Assembly: GCA_965202585.1 (NCBI GenBank)
Contig: OZ241829.1
Span: 58,962,001-59,026,000 of the forward strand
Length of the DNA: 64,000 nucleotides
From: Thalia democratica
Taxonomy: Eukaryota
Direction of reading: 5' to 3'
Notes under the pieces: model-generated
Database searches by the model: none
Seen by the model: the letters and a program-made list of their open reading frames with translations, nothing else
Told to the model about the DNA's origin: nothing
Shown: piece after piece, positions 37,801 through 47,450 of the stretch
Numbering within the stretch: the stretch's first letter is position 1
How the letters are laid out: the number at the start of each line of letters is the position of its first letter
Translations under genes and position numbers: made by a program

Positions 37801-40800
37801 AAACTTAACTTTTATTTGGTTTATGTTATTGAACTGTCATTTAAATGAAAAAAAAACAAACAAACTAGAACTTTCATCCAAATTCAACTTTGATTATCTA
37901 TAAAAGCAGCTTTAAGCAAAATTAGTGAGTTTTTTGATTTTAACTTAATATTTTTTTACTTCATAATTTGCAAAATTATAACATATTTATTTTTAAAGAA
38001 TAGCAATAAAAATGTACAAATATTATCTAGTATTGTGAAGTATTATGAACTTCAAAAGAAGTATTTCAAGTTCAACTAGACGAATAAAACTGATTAAGTT
38101 ATGACCAAATTTCAATACTCCTAGTTTGCTAAAAGTAACTTAAAAATAGCTTATACAGTTGAAACAATGGTAAAAATGTTTTAGAAATTTCACTGTTCTC
38201 GAAATGTAAAGTATTTTTTTCATAACTAAACAAATTTAGAATATCTATTTATTATAAAAAAGTTTAAGAAATTAAAGAACATATTACGATAGTTAACATT
38301 TACACTGTTTTGTAAAACGAATTTCAGTACAAAATAAGTTTTTGTTTTTTCTAAACTCACATCAACTCTAATGACCTTTGGCTGTTATACTGACTCCCTC
38401 GGGTTATTTAATTTTTTTAACGTGAGCTTTAGCTACAACCACGTGCGTTGAATTTCTTCAATAAAAGTTTAGATTATAAAACATTCAAGTTTTACAACAA
38501 ATCTTTAGATTCTTTTAGGTTTATAAGTAGATACTACATAGAAAATCTAAAACCACTTTTAAACGTTTAAAAGATTTTTATTGTTTGTGTAAATGATTTC
38601 TATTTTTAACAGTTACTTGTGTTGCACCACTGTTGCCTGATGGTGCTTCAGCTTTTGAAAAAGAAACGTACACGTTTGGAGAAAATGTAACAGTACAATG
38701 TGAAAATGGGTACATTCCAATTGGTGATATGATAACGACTTGTAATGAGAACGGTACATTTACTGATCTCTTTGGCTATTGCAACTCAAGTAAGTTTTAA
38801 AACAAGTTGTAACTAAAGTTAATTGTAGTTAAAAGTAAATAGTTGAAAACGATTCCGATCATCTACATTCCACAGTACACAGCACAAAAATAATATCTTA
38901 AAATAAAAAAACAATGATGTTTTTCAATTTAGAGTTAAACTTTTTTTTCTAAACTACAGTTCGCGTGTAAACAATTTTTATTTAATCAAAATGTATCTTG
39001 TTAAAGTATAAAACGTTTTAGTCTTATTTTTGTGTTTACTTTTTATATCTAGATATAGCTCTAAATCGTTTTTTAAGCTTTTTGCTACGGTTATTTTGAA
39101 ATAGTTAAACATTAGAATTACAATTAAATTTGAGTACTTTAAAATATTTCGTTTAAGCTGTTTTTTTAGTTTTTTAACTACTATTTTTTAATAAAATATT
39201 TGTTTATTTTCAGACAGTTTTAATTAATTTTATTATTTTTTTTTAATGTTGATAAGTAGTCGCTGCTAAAAACTTTGTTATTATAAATATTTTATGAATC
39301 ACTTCACTAATACATACATAAGGTAAAAATCTTTTAACTTTTTATAAATTTTTTAATCATTACTTAATAAATTAACACTAGAACAACGTAATGATTTTTC
39401 GCATGACTTTTATTTATATTTTTGAATGCTTTTTAGATGAACTTAAATCTTTTTAGTCTAAACCTTTGATAAATTAAAGCCTGTTAAAACGTTAATTTGT
39501 TAACATGTCTTTATAACCATTTGTTTATAGAAAATATTAGATTTTCTAACCTTGTCTCTAGTAAACTTGATGTTTTTTTTAATGATACCGTCATTTTGTA
39601 TTTTATTTTGTTATCGTAGCTTTGAATACTAGCAACTTTGTAGACTTTACAGCTTAAACTGTTACCTTTACTCTTTTAATAACATTTATTCTTGCAAAAG
39701 CATAAACTTTTTTTTGTACTTTTTGCTTTGTTTTAAACGTAAGTAACCTTGAAAATTTGTAACTACTAGTTTTGAACTTAAGTAATTTATTATTTTTCAA
39801 CAGTTAGATGCGACGCTCCCTCTGTACCTGTAAATGGAATTCCATTCGAAGTAACTTCATTTGGATATGGAGAGTCAATTTTCATCAAATGCAAACCTGG
39901 ATACCAGAACGTTGGTGATGATGGCGCTGTTTGCATTGAAAAAGACTCTTTTGTATACCTTGAACCGTTCTGCTCCCCAAGTAGACAAATTGAAATAAAT
40001 TCTTAGTATTTTTGTTTTATCTATCTTTTTTTATCCATTGGTTTGAAAACAGGTGTTTTTCTTTAAGATTTCAGATATCGCTTATTTTGAAAACTTAAAA
40101 ACTAAGTGTTATGTGATAAACAAACAGTACCTCGACTTTTTTAGTTCAATGCATCCCGCCAAACCCACCTGCTAACGGCAAGAAACAGCAACTTAGATTT
40201 TACGAGTTTGGAGACATAATAGCTTTCCAATGTATTGAAGGGTACTTACCTGTGGGCGACTTGACATCAGTTTGTGGAGAAGATGGCACATTTGAGTACT
40301 CTGACATTAGTTGTGCACCAGGTAAAAAAAAAACTTGTACTTTAATGACTAACCTAATAAAGTAAGTCTATTATTTAGAGTTTTACTTCATATTTGTTTA
40401 AATATCATTTAAACAACTTAATAATTTTAAGCAAACTTTTTGGTTTCTTTCTACAAGCAAATAAAATTATAAAAACTTAAAAGTTTTCTGAAACCACATT
40501 TGTTGTTAAGCTAAAAGTTTTTAATCAATAACTGGAAATTTTATACAAAAAGTAATGTTTTAAAAAACTTTTTAATGCTAGAATAGATAGGTAAATAAAA
40601 ACTAGTAAGCTTACTTAAAAGTATTTGTATACAGACTTTATACTTATCTAAAATTTTCATTATACCTTATTGAATTATCAAAAACTGTGAATATTTTTTT
40701 TTATTAAAATTAACTTTTATTACAATTATCTTTTATTATCATATTTATTACTAAAATAGTTTTTTTTGTAGTTAAGTGTCCTTTACCTTTCATACCACCA

Positions 40801-43800
40801 TTTGCAATGCAAATTGGAAGTCAGACTTCTTTTAACTTTGGAGATGTGCTTGAAGTAAGTTGTAAAGAAGAATACGTTAAAGATGACAAAAGCTTTACAC
40901 GATCAGTCTGTCAAGCTGACGGCACGTTTGATAAACTGCTTATTGTTTGTAATAAAGGTAAGTTTAAGTTATTTAGGGTATTTCAATCTATTTATTCTTG
41001 TCAAATTTTATTTTTTTACAACAAAACATACTTTTTATGCTTCTTAGAAGAAACTTCAGGAGAATCTGGATTGGTAAAGTGCAAAGATTACGACATGCCA
41101 ACAAACTCAGCTACTGCAGTTAAAACTACTTACAATGTAGGCGAAGTTCTAGAGGTCAAATGTCGGGATGGCTACATTTTATTGCAAAATGAACAAATTG
41201 TTTGTGGGCCAAATGGAAAATTCAACAACGTTTTTGTTGTGTGCTTACCAGGTATACAAAATATTGAAGATAATACATTCAAAAAATTATTTAGTTATAA
41301 AGATATTCTCAACAAAGCTGCTACCAAAAAAAACTTAAATTGAACTTACACATGAATTTTTTTATCTATTTTAGTTGGCAAAACGTTCTACTTTTTATGC
41401 AAAGTGTAACTCAAAATAACAAGTGTTAACGTTTACACAAAAAGGTGGATTCGGCACAACAGCTAGAACAACTACAACGACGATGGCCCCAACTACAACC
41501 ACAACAGCGTTCGTAACTCCTGTTGTATCAACGAAGTGTGTGGTACCCACTTTGCCACTGAACACAATTCAGCTGACAAAGGTGGAATATGAAGTGGGAG
41601 AGGTGATCGCTCTCGAGTGCAAACCAAACTATGTCTTAGTCGGCGTCAACTTAGCCATTTGTCAGGTCAACGGTCGATTCAGCAGTATTGACTTTGAATG
41701 TCAACAAAGTGAGTACCGTTTATCAAAATTTATTTTTCTACCAGTAAACTACCCTTTCAAGTACAATGAATATTATAATGAGTTTTAGTATTTTTTATAA
41801 AGAGAACGAATCATACTTATTATTTTACTTTATCGACCAGTTTCCTTAATACCTTGATATTTTATATCGTGTTGATATTTGCTTAAAACAACATAGTTTT
41901 AACTTATGTCAGAAAGTCATTCGTATTGTTTATGATCTAATTTTTTGCAGTTGCTGGCCCAGTAATAACCACTGTTGCCCCAGTAACAACTACAACCGTC
42001 CAACAACGCGTTGTCACTTGTAAAACTCCTGAATTACCTCTGAACTCTATAGAAATAACAGATAATGAGTTTAAAGTCGGAGACTCTATCATAATAAAAT
42101 GTCAGGTCGGATTTGAATTAATCGGTACAAAAACTAGAACCTGCTCGGACACAGGTCTTTTCTCAATCTCTAATGCCCTGTGTGCGCCAGGTTAGTGTTG
42201 TTGCATTTTTTTTGAACAAAAATTTACAAAAAAACAACTAATTTTTAATTTAGCAAACAACGTATATTATTACTAACTGCTAAATACTCAAAATATTGAT
42301 TAAAACCTACACAATAATTACTTGATCTAATTAAAAAAAGAATCTCTAATTTTTTAAATTCTGTTTTGTTTATTTTACTTCAAGACTTGTTGTGATTTTT
42401 ATAACCATAATTTTTAACAACCATGCAACCACAGTTATCTGTGTTTTGTCCGGAAATTTGGAGAACGGACAAATTTTGCCAATTGGTCAGCAATTGTGGG
42501 ACGTTGGTGAAAAAGCAAGTTTTGAATGTGGTGAGGGATACATAGTTCAGGGTGCCGACTCGATTACATGCCAAGCTGACGGTGGTTTTTCTGACAGAGT
42601 TCCTACTTGCGGTAAGTTTAACTTTTATTTATTATACACACAACCGCAACGGAAAAACTATAACTTTGTGTCATATTTTTACATGTTTAGTAGTTTTTAG
42701 TTAAACTTTTACTATGAAAACTTCAAGTGTTTTCCGACATTTCTTCAACCTCAACAGTGAAAGTAAACTCTTACTGTACAAATCCACCAAAAGTAGACAA
42801 CGGCAGTATTGAGCCAGTACAAGCTTTATACCAAGTAGACGACATAATCAACGTCGTTTGTGACGAAGGTTTTACGTTGGTAGGTGAAGCTACTCTTTCT
42901 TGCAATGCAGATGGAAGCTTTGGTTCAATCGCACCTAAGTGCATTATCAGTAAGCTTTCAAGTTTTTTATTTTTCAAAGTCAGACTGTAAGCGCACCTAT
43001 TGTTTTACTTACCACTGCTTAAAAATATACAGTATTTTTTATGTAAGCTAACTTGAAATACTTATCAAAAGCAACCGGTTCTTGTGATACCGTCTACATC
43101 GGTGGAGGGTTTTCAGTTTCTGAAAAAACAAGGTTCAACGTCGGAGAAATAGTCTTGTTCGAGTGTTTTCCCGGTTACAAAATAAAAGGATCGGGGGCAA
43201 GCGTTTGTCAAGATGACGGAAGCCTGAGCGAAATTCCTACTTGTGTTTTAGATGAGTCTGGTTAGTAGTATTTTTTTTATTTTAAATTACTTGCGTAGAT
43301 TGAGATTATTTAAATTGTAACTTCCTACGAAGTTTTATTAAACTTTAATCCATAAATGTTTGTTTATGTTAACTTGTTAAGTCTAATTTTATAAACTTAG
43401 ATTTTAGTACAAATACAATTGTATTTACTATAGTATTTTTGTATGTTTAAAAATAACTAACGGAAAGATGAAACAACGTACAAAATAAAGTTTTCTCTTC
43501 TCTGTTTGTGTTTAAACAGGTTTTTGAAAAAAAAATACAAAATCAAACAGTTTTATATTTTTTAATACTTTGTAATCAATCATAGCTTAAAAGTTTTCTT
43601 ATTTTTTTAACTTAACTACTCTAAAATTATTTTGTAGAAACATTGAGTAAAGTATACACTTCTAATAATGATTTAGAAATTTATATTAAAAATAAAAATA
43701 TTTGTTTTAGTACTGCAGTTTTTTTTCTCTTAACTGTTAAGAAAAATTTTGAAAATATTAACATAAAAAACAATCTAAGATATTTGAGTAATTCAGTTTC

Positions 43801-46800
43801 TATACTCAGTACTCAGTGGCACAATTTCTTTGTTAGTATATTTATATCACTTGTTTTAGTTGATAATACCTTATTGGTTAAAACAATGTAGTGTTATATA
43901 AAAATTTAAATATTTTAAAATATTTAAAAAATTAGAAACACAAATAAATAAAATAAAATAGAAAACAACTAATGATGTTTAGGAATTTGTTTTCAAATAA
44001 AAATATAAAAATATTACTAATTATCCAGTCAAAGAAATATAGCCATTAATGTTTGATTTAAAAACTGATTATCGTAGACCTATGCTGTTAATAAGTAGTA
44101 ACTGAGTTTGTAATAACAACATAAATATAAATTATGTTAAAGTGTTAAAACAATCTGTAAACTTTGTATGTATTCAATATTATTTGACCTTAGAGCGGTA
44201 ATTTACTTTATAACGATGTATAATGACCTTTACTCAATTTTTTTGTTAAATTCAAGTTTGCTGTGTAAAAAACTATTAAGCTAAACATTTCAAATTATCA
44301 CTAGGACGTAACAAAACATTTTATAAAAACATTATTTATGTGAAAAAGGAACTTTTTTTAAGTGCCTAGTATATTTTATCCCGATTTAATTAGTTTCGAA
44401 CTTTTGAACTAATACTTATATCGTATTTTTTAATTTTTCATTAAATTAAGCTATTTAGTATAAGAAAATTAAAAAGTAGTTAAGATAAGATTCAGTTTTA
44501 AAAACAAATCTGATTTGATAGTTATATAAGTTTTTTTTTACCACAAAGAGTCATAATTTTTATGAGTTATTATGAGAAATTTTAAATGAGTTTAAATTAG
44601 TAGTTAAATTTTAATTTAGTAGTTAAATTTAAGGTCTTAATTATAAAAATATTGAACAATGTGCAAAGATTATTTTTCAATATTTATGAATGTAAAACCA
44701 TAAATGCAGAAGTGTTATACTAAGACAGTTTCAACTTCGTTTTACTAAAATTATTTATACATATTGTTGAAAATGTTTATCAAAGTCTGGATTTTCATGT
44801 GCCGAGAGACAACATCAAAACTCATTAACAATATTTTTGATTATATCACTTCGATCATCGTACTAAAGCATTGAGACATAACTTTCGTTTTCATTGTCTC
44901 ATGGCTCATGAGAGTCCAGACATTGGCTGGTATGTCTTTTTCCTATGTTTTTTGATCTTATCACTAACGAGTGTTTTCTTGCTAGTGAATAATGTATTTT
45001 ACGTTGCACGGCAATTAGACAGCCTGACATCAAAGACCACTAAACGGTAACTTTGTGGTAAAACAATATGACGACTGTTGTAAGGGTTAATAGTTACATT
45101 TTTTTTTTGGTTATGACTTACTGACAAGTTTAATGAGAACGAAACCCGGGTCTCAGTCTACCAAGATCTTGTAATGTGATCGAAAACTTTTTTGTCCTGG
45201 ACAAGACGTTAAAAGGTATCCGTTGTGTGTATCTCAATAACCGAAAAGTTCTTCGTGCACCAGGTCCTAGGACCAAATGTTTTGAGCGTTATTCTTTGTC
45301 GTTCAATAAAATAATAAGTATAAAACTGTTATTTTACAATGTTTTTGAGTTTTAAGTAAAATGTTGTATAATAAAACATACTTTAAAAATTTTTAATTGA
45401 CAAAATGTAAACTTTTACGCAAAATAGTGAGAATATGATCTTAGAATCAGATTTTTTTAATGTTTTTTAGTTCTCATCTTCAGTACAAGTATATAAAGCT
45501 AATAGTATTTTTCATCTCGTTATTTAACAAAAAACAGTTGTTCCGAAAAAAATATTTTTAGTAAATCTGTTAAAAACATTTTTATTTAATAGTTAAGAAA
45601 AAGGTTGATACATTGTAGATTGTGTACTGTTTTAGGAACAACACAGTTTTGTTAAAACCTATCTTCAAATGTTATTCTTTACCAAAGGTGAATTTAAAAC
45701 ACCGCTAAAAATACATAGAAATTTTAAAACCTTATTCTCATAAATTTTGATTAGGTTCAGCTTTGTGTGATCCTACATCGCCAGACAATGGAGAAGTTCT
45801 ACCAGGTGTCTACGGAGTGGGATCAATTATATCTTATAAGTGCAACGACGGTTACCGCATGGTCGGTCTCAACGAATCCATTTGCCTCATGGGAGGACTC
45901 ATTATACCTGGAACTCCAGATTGTATAGGTAAAGTATAACATGATATCAGAAGATTTTCAATACATTAACTTTATATTTAAAGTAATTATAAAAATTTTG
46001 TAATATTTTTTATAAAATCCTCATACTGATAGCGTTAAAAAAACTATTTACTTTTGAAATATAACTACTAAAATAATAGGAGATTGATGCTTAACTTTAT
46101 CTTAGCACCTCAAATGTATAGGTTTTGAACGATTCAAACATTTTAACAAAAGCTCTACCAAACCAAGTGTTTATCTGTTTTTACATAAAAATATTTAATT
46201 ATGAATTTACTATTACTATATAAGTTGAAATTTGTCTTTATATTTATTACAATGCAACTTCTGATGAAAATAGCTGAAATATATTTACTTTTACAGTATG
46301 GAATATGTTTTTATAAAATTATAAATTATTCAATTTAACTTTAAATGTTTGTATTGTTTCTTTAAGCCAAAGTCAAAACAAACGGAACATGCTAAATTTA
46401 TAAAACCTACTTTATCATATACTTAAAAACGCTTATGTTGATTTTGAGTAGGCACCTTAATAAATATCTAAACGCAGAACTTTAAAACAAAAATGCATTT
46501 GAAATATTTTTATTAGCAAACGAGGAAAGTTTTAACAAAGCTACATTTACTTGTAAACCTGCTCAACCGAAGAACGGATACATAATACCGCAAGGGCAAA
46601 ATGTATTCCCGGTCTTATCACCTTTTGAGTATGCTTGCAAACCCGGTTACAGGCTGTCCTCCGAGCTAAAGACTGGACTATGTGCCATCGATGGTTCCAT
46701 AGTTGGAACTCCGCCTACGTGCATTCGTTTGTTTATTTTTCATAGATTAAAAAGTTTTACAACGTGTTGTTGTACAAGTCATAAAAACTAGTGATTGGAT

Positions 46801-47450
46801 TACTTTAAATTTTACTTTAAACTTTTTTGAGCAAAAAATATTATTAATTTTTAGAATGTCAAAACTTTAATCTGTTAAATGTTTTAATTTATTTGTTTAA
46901 AACTTTTTTTTTTTGATTAATTCTTTTAAATAAACGAAAATGTTTTACTTTGTTTTTATGCATAAGAATATTTGTTTTCAATAGCATACACTTTGAAACC
47001 TTTAATACATTTAATGTATTCAATCTAAAAAAATTAATGTTTAACTGTCTAAATTTTGAAGCATAATATTCTAAATTTTTTTTTTCATTATATTATTTAA
47101 TTTAAATTTAAAACTTTTATTAAAGATTATAAAACTTTTTTTTAATTAGTTTTATAATTTAAATGGTTCCGCATTTTAAACTCTAAGCTTTCACGTTTTA
47201 ATCTAGCTTGAAGTATAGCTTTTTTTAAAGCTAAACTTCAAGTACTACATTTTTATAGTATAGCTTTTTTTAAGCTACACTTAAAGTACTACTTTTTTTA
47301 AAGCTTACAAAAGTAAGTTCACTTTAATAAGAGCACTATAAAGTTTGTTTGAACAACTCACATTATATTAGATTTTACATTTTGAAACTTATACATTTTT
47401 TAGATTAACAACAACATTTTTAAAACTATGACTTTATTACAGTGGAGTAG
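19746..47450 (+). CDS. Giant secreted mosaic protein: signal peptide + 4 EGF-like + P/T linker + 1 CCP + 59 TSR (TSP1) + 14 CCP; 23 coding exons, ~3,943 aa
   Basis: Hand-spliced exons: 19746-19812, 20682-20807, 21541-21669, 21830-22009, 22182-22316, 22450-22512, 23931-24110, 24357-32555, 33215-33391, 33725-33925, 38613-38789, 39804-39980, 40145-40321, 40772-40957, 41048-41251, 41445-41708, 41951-42190, 42435-42611, 42758-42949, 43072-43260, 45755-45928, 46517-46726, 47443-47450. All introns are GT-AG and phase 1; lengths sum to 11,832 nt (3,944 codons with stop). A few acceptors have alternative in-frame AGs (33725/33731, 41424/41445, 45755/45761). Confidence 0.85.
20682..20807 (+). CDS. Exon 2: EGF-like domain 1
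   Basis: ttttcag acceptor; CYQECSVAPAGMACYVNSPKGYKCVCPDSDFEMNGNC has 6 Cys with a CxC; donor GTGAGT. Confidence 0.85.
21541..21669 (+). CDS. Exon 3: EGF-like domain 2
   Basis: ttttag acceptor; CGMCPEGASCVRTSSTSMCLCDSGLYGLDGVC; donor GTAAGT. Confidence 0.85.
21830..22009 (+). CDS. Exon 4: linker + EGF-like domain 3
   Basis: aaacag acceptor; CATAPPCDSPFPASRCIARDLQGNSVCLCQSSHILTPTGSC; donor GTTTGT. Confidence 0.8.
22182..22316 (+). CDS. Exon 5: EGF-like domain 4
   Basis: tttgcag acceptor; CPRCVANSQCHLYMRRFWCVCKPGFFARNGVC; donor GTAAGA. Confidence 0.85.
22450..22512 (+). CDS. Exon 6: Pro/Thr-rich linker
   Basis: atgcag acceptor; PIVPVIRTKPMTTLAPTIQPR; donor GTAAGT; phase 1-1. Confidence 0.7.
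23014..23136 (-). mobile_element. Same short element family, copy B (intron 6 of the giant gene)
   Basis: Reverse complement matches GACGTTAAAAGGTATCCG..CGACTCGATAACCGAAAG..CGTGCACCAGGTC..CGTTCAATAAAC. Confidence 0.65.
23931..24110 (+). CDS. Exon 7: CCP/sushi domain 1
   Basis: ITCTLPRQLPMNVIVPAVQTYAVGDQVALQCPPEFDQSGATFTRCGANGQFSVIDTVCKQ shows the 4-Cys CCP spacing; AG/GTAAGT sites. Confidence 0.88.
24357..32555 (+). CDS. Exon 8: 8,199-nt exon encoding 59 tandem TSR (TSP1-like) repeats
   Basis: ORF 24359-32560. I counted 59 units with consensus VVYSDWxIGxCSVTCGSGVRVDxRxCxQGxCTEDLxRSVPCExEVC (46 aa/138 nt; unit 5 is 45 aa, unit 14 is 60, unit 15 is 48; with 4 trailing residues the total is 2,733 aa). 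Acceptor ttttacag at 24356; donor CAGG|GTTAAT at 32556 (an alternative in-frame GT is at 32550). Confidence 0.95.
32784..32985 (+). mobile_element. Truncated second copy of the 626-945 MITE (left end), in intron 8
   Basis: GGTTGCACGACTATTCAAATTTGGACAATTCAAATTGCGACAATTCAAATT, followed by sequence colinear with 680-810. Confidence 0.75.
33215..33391 (+). CDS. Exon 9: CCP domain 2
   Basis: VLCDLPDLGPNMVKPFITSFVVGDSWNLRCMYGYELSGNTKITCGANGQFSSVSAACTK; 177 nt; ttttcag/GTAAGC. Confidence 0.88.
33725..33925 (+). CDS. Exon 10: CCP domain 3
   Basis: MPTTCEIPVIPPYALRVNDQQSYKVGDTMELACRSGYTMDESSSSTSLCQPDGTFSEIRLVCNA; donor GTAACT; acceptor at 33724 or 33730. Confidence 0.85.
34482..34658 (+). pseudogene. 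Degenerate CCP pseudo-exon (paralog of exon 9)
   Basis: Same 177-nt length and phase as exon 9. VNFTLSNLGENMFLRFVNSFAFGYYFNVVCESGYSLAGKFQITCGIKRNFSATKAARTI aligns to exon 9, but Cys1 is Phe (TTC), Cys4 is Arg (CGC), and the donor is weak (GTACCC). Confidence 0.7.
38613..38789 (+). CDS. Exon 11: CCP domain 4
   Basis: VTCVAPLLPDGASAFEKETYTFGENVTVQCENGYIPIGDMITTCNENGTFTDLFGYCNS; 177 nt; AG/GTAAGT. Absent from the ORF track. Confidence 0.88.
39804..39980 (+). CDS. Exon 12: CCP domain 5
   Basis: IRCDAPSVPVNGIPFEVTSFGYGESIFIKCKPGYQNVGDDGAVCIEKDSFVYLEPFCSP; 177 nt; donor GTAGAC. Confidence 0.82.
40145..40321 (+). CDS. Exon 13: CCP domain 6
   Basis: IQCIPPNPPANGKKQQLRFYEFGDIIAFQCIEGYLPVGDLTSVCGEDGTFEYSDISCAP; 177 nt. 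Confidence 0.88.
40772..40957 (+). CDS. Exon 14: CCP domain 7
   Basis: VKCPLPFIPPFAMQIGSQTSFNFGDVLEVSCKEEYVKDDKSFTRSVCQADGTFDKLLIVCNK; donor GTAAGT. Confidence 0.88.
41048..41251 (+). CDS. Exon 15: CCP domain 8
   Basis: EETSGESGLVKCKDYDMPTNSATAVKTTYNVGEVLEVKCRDGYILLQNEQIVCGPNGKFNNVFVVCLP. Confidence 0.85.
41445..41708 (+). CDS. Exon 16: Thr-rich linker + CCP domain 9
   Basis: GGFGTTARTTTTTMAPTTTTTAFVTPVVSTKCVVPTLP...ECKPNYVLVGVNLAICQVNGRFSSIDFECQQ; donor GTGAGT; acceptor weak and uncertain. Confidence 0.8.
41951..42190 (+). CDS. Exon 17: Thr-rich linker + CCP domain 10
   Basis: ttttttgcag acceptor; IAGPVITTVAPVTTTTVQQRVVTCKTPELP...KCQVGFELIGTKTRTCSDTGLFSISNALCAP; donor GTTAGT. Confidence 0.86.
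42435..42611 (+). CDS. Exon 18: CCP domain 11
   Basis: VICVLSGNLENGQILPIGQQLWDVGEKASFECGEGYIVQGADSITCQADGGFSDRVPTC; 177 nt; donor GTAAGT. Confidence 0.88.
42758..42949 (+). CDS. Exon 19: CCP domain 12
   Basis: VKVNSYCTNPPKVDNGSIEPVQALYQVDDIINVVCDEGFTLVGEATLSCNADGSFGSIAPKCII; donor GTAAGC. Confidence 0.88.
43072..43260 (+). CDS. Exon 20: CCP domain 13
   Basis: TGSCDTVYIGGGFSVSEKTRFNVGEIVLFECFPGYKIKGSGASVCQDDGSLSEIPTCVLDES; donor GTTAGT. Confidence 0.85.
45190..45310 (+). mobile_element. Same short element family, copy C (intron 20)
   Basis: GTCCTGGACAAGACGTTAAAAGGTATCCGTTGTGTG..CGTGCACCAGGTCCTAGGAC..GTCGTTCAATAAA. Confidence 0.65.
45755..45928 (+). CDS. Exon 21: CCP domain 14
   Basis: ALCDPTSPDNGEVLPGVYGVGSIISYKCNDGYRMVGLNESICLMGGLIIPGTPDCI; donor GTAAAG. 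Absent from the ORF track. Confidence 0.82.
   Translation, partial: VQLCVILHRQTMEKFYQVSTEWDQLYLISATTVTAWSVSTNPFASWEDSLYLELQIV
46517..46726 (+). CDS. Exon 22: CCP domain 15
   Basis: ANEESFNKATFTCKPAQPKNGYIIPQGQNVFPVLSPFEYACKPGYRLSSELKTGLCAIDGSIVGTPPTCI; donor GTTTGT. Confidence 0.82.
47212..47306. repeat. Short diverged tandem repeat (~45-bp unit, ~2 copies)
   Basis: AGTATAGCTTTTTTTAA(A)GCTA(A/C)ACTT(C/A)AAGTACTAC occurs at 47212 and 47257. Confidence 0.6.
47443..47450 (+). CDS. Exon 23: probable terminal coding exon (...L E stop)
   Basis: tttattacag|TG GAG TAG. The first strong acceptor I found after exon 22, followed by a slightly GC-richer UTR-like stretch. Confidence 0.55.

Noticed and set aside
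40958-41047. Stop-free 90-nt segment making ORF 40807-41343 look like one exon
   Set aside because: It has canonical GTAAGT..TTCTTAG ends and AT-rich content, and separates two complete CCP exons, so it is an intron. In-frame retention is possible but unsupported.
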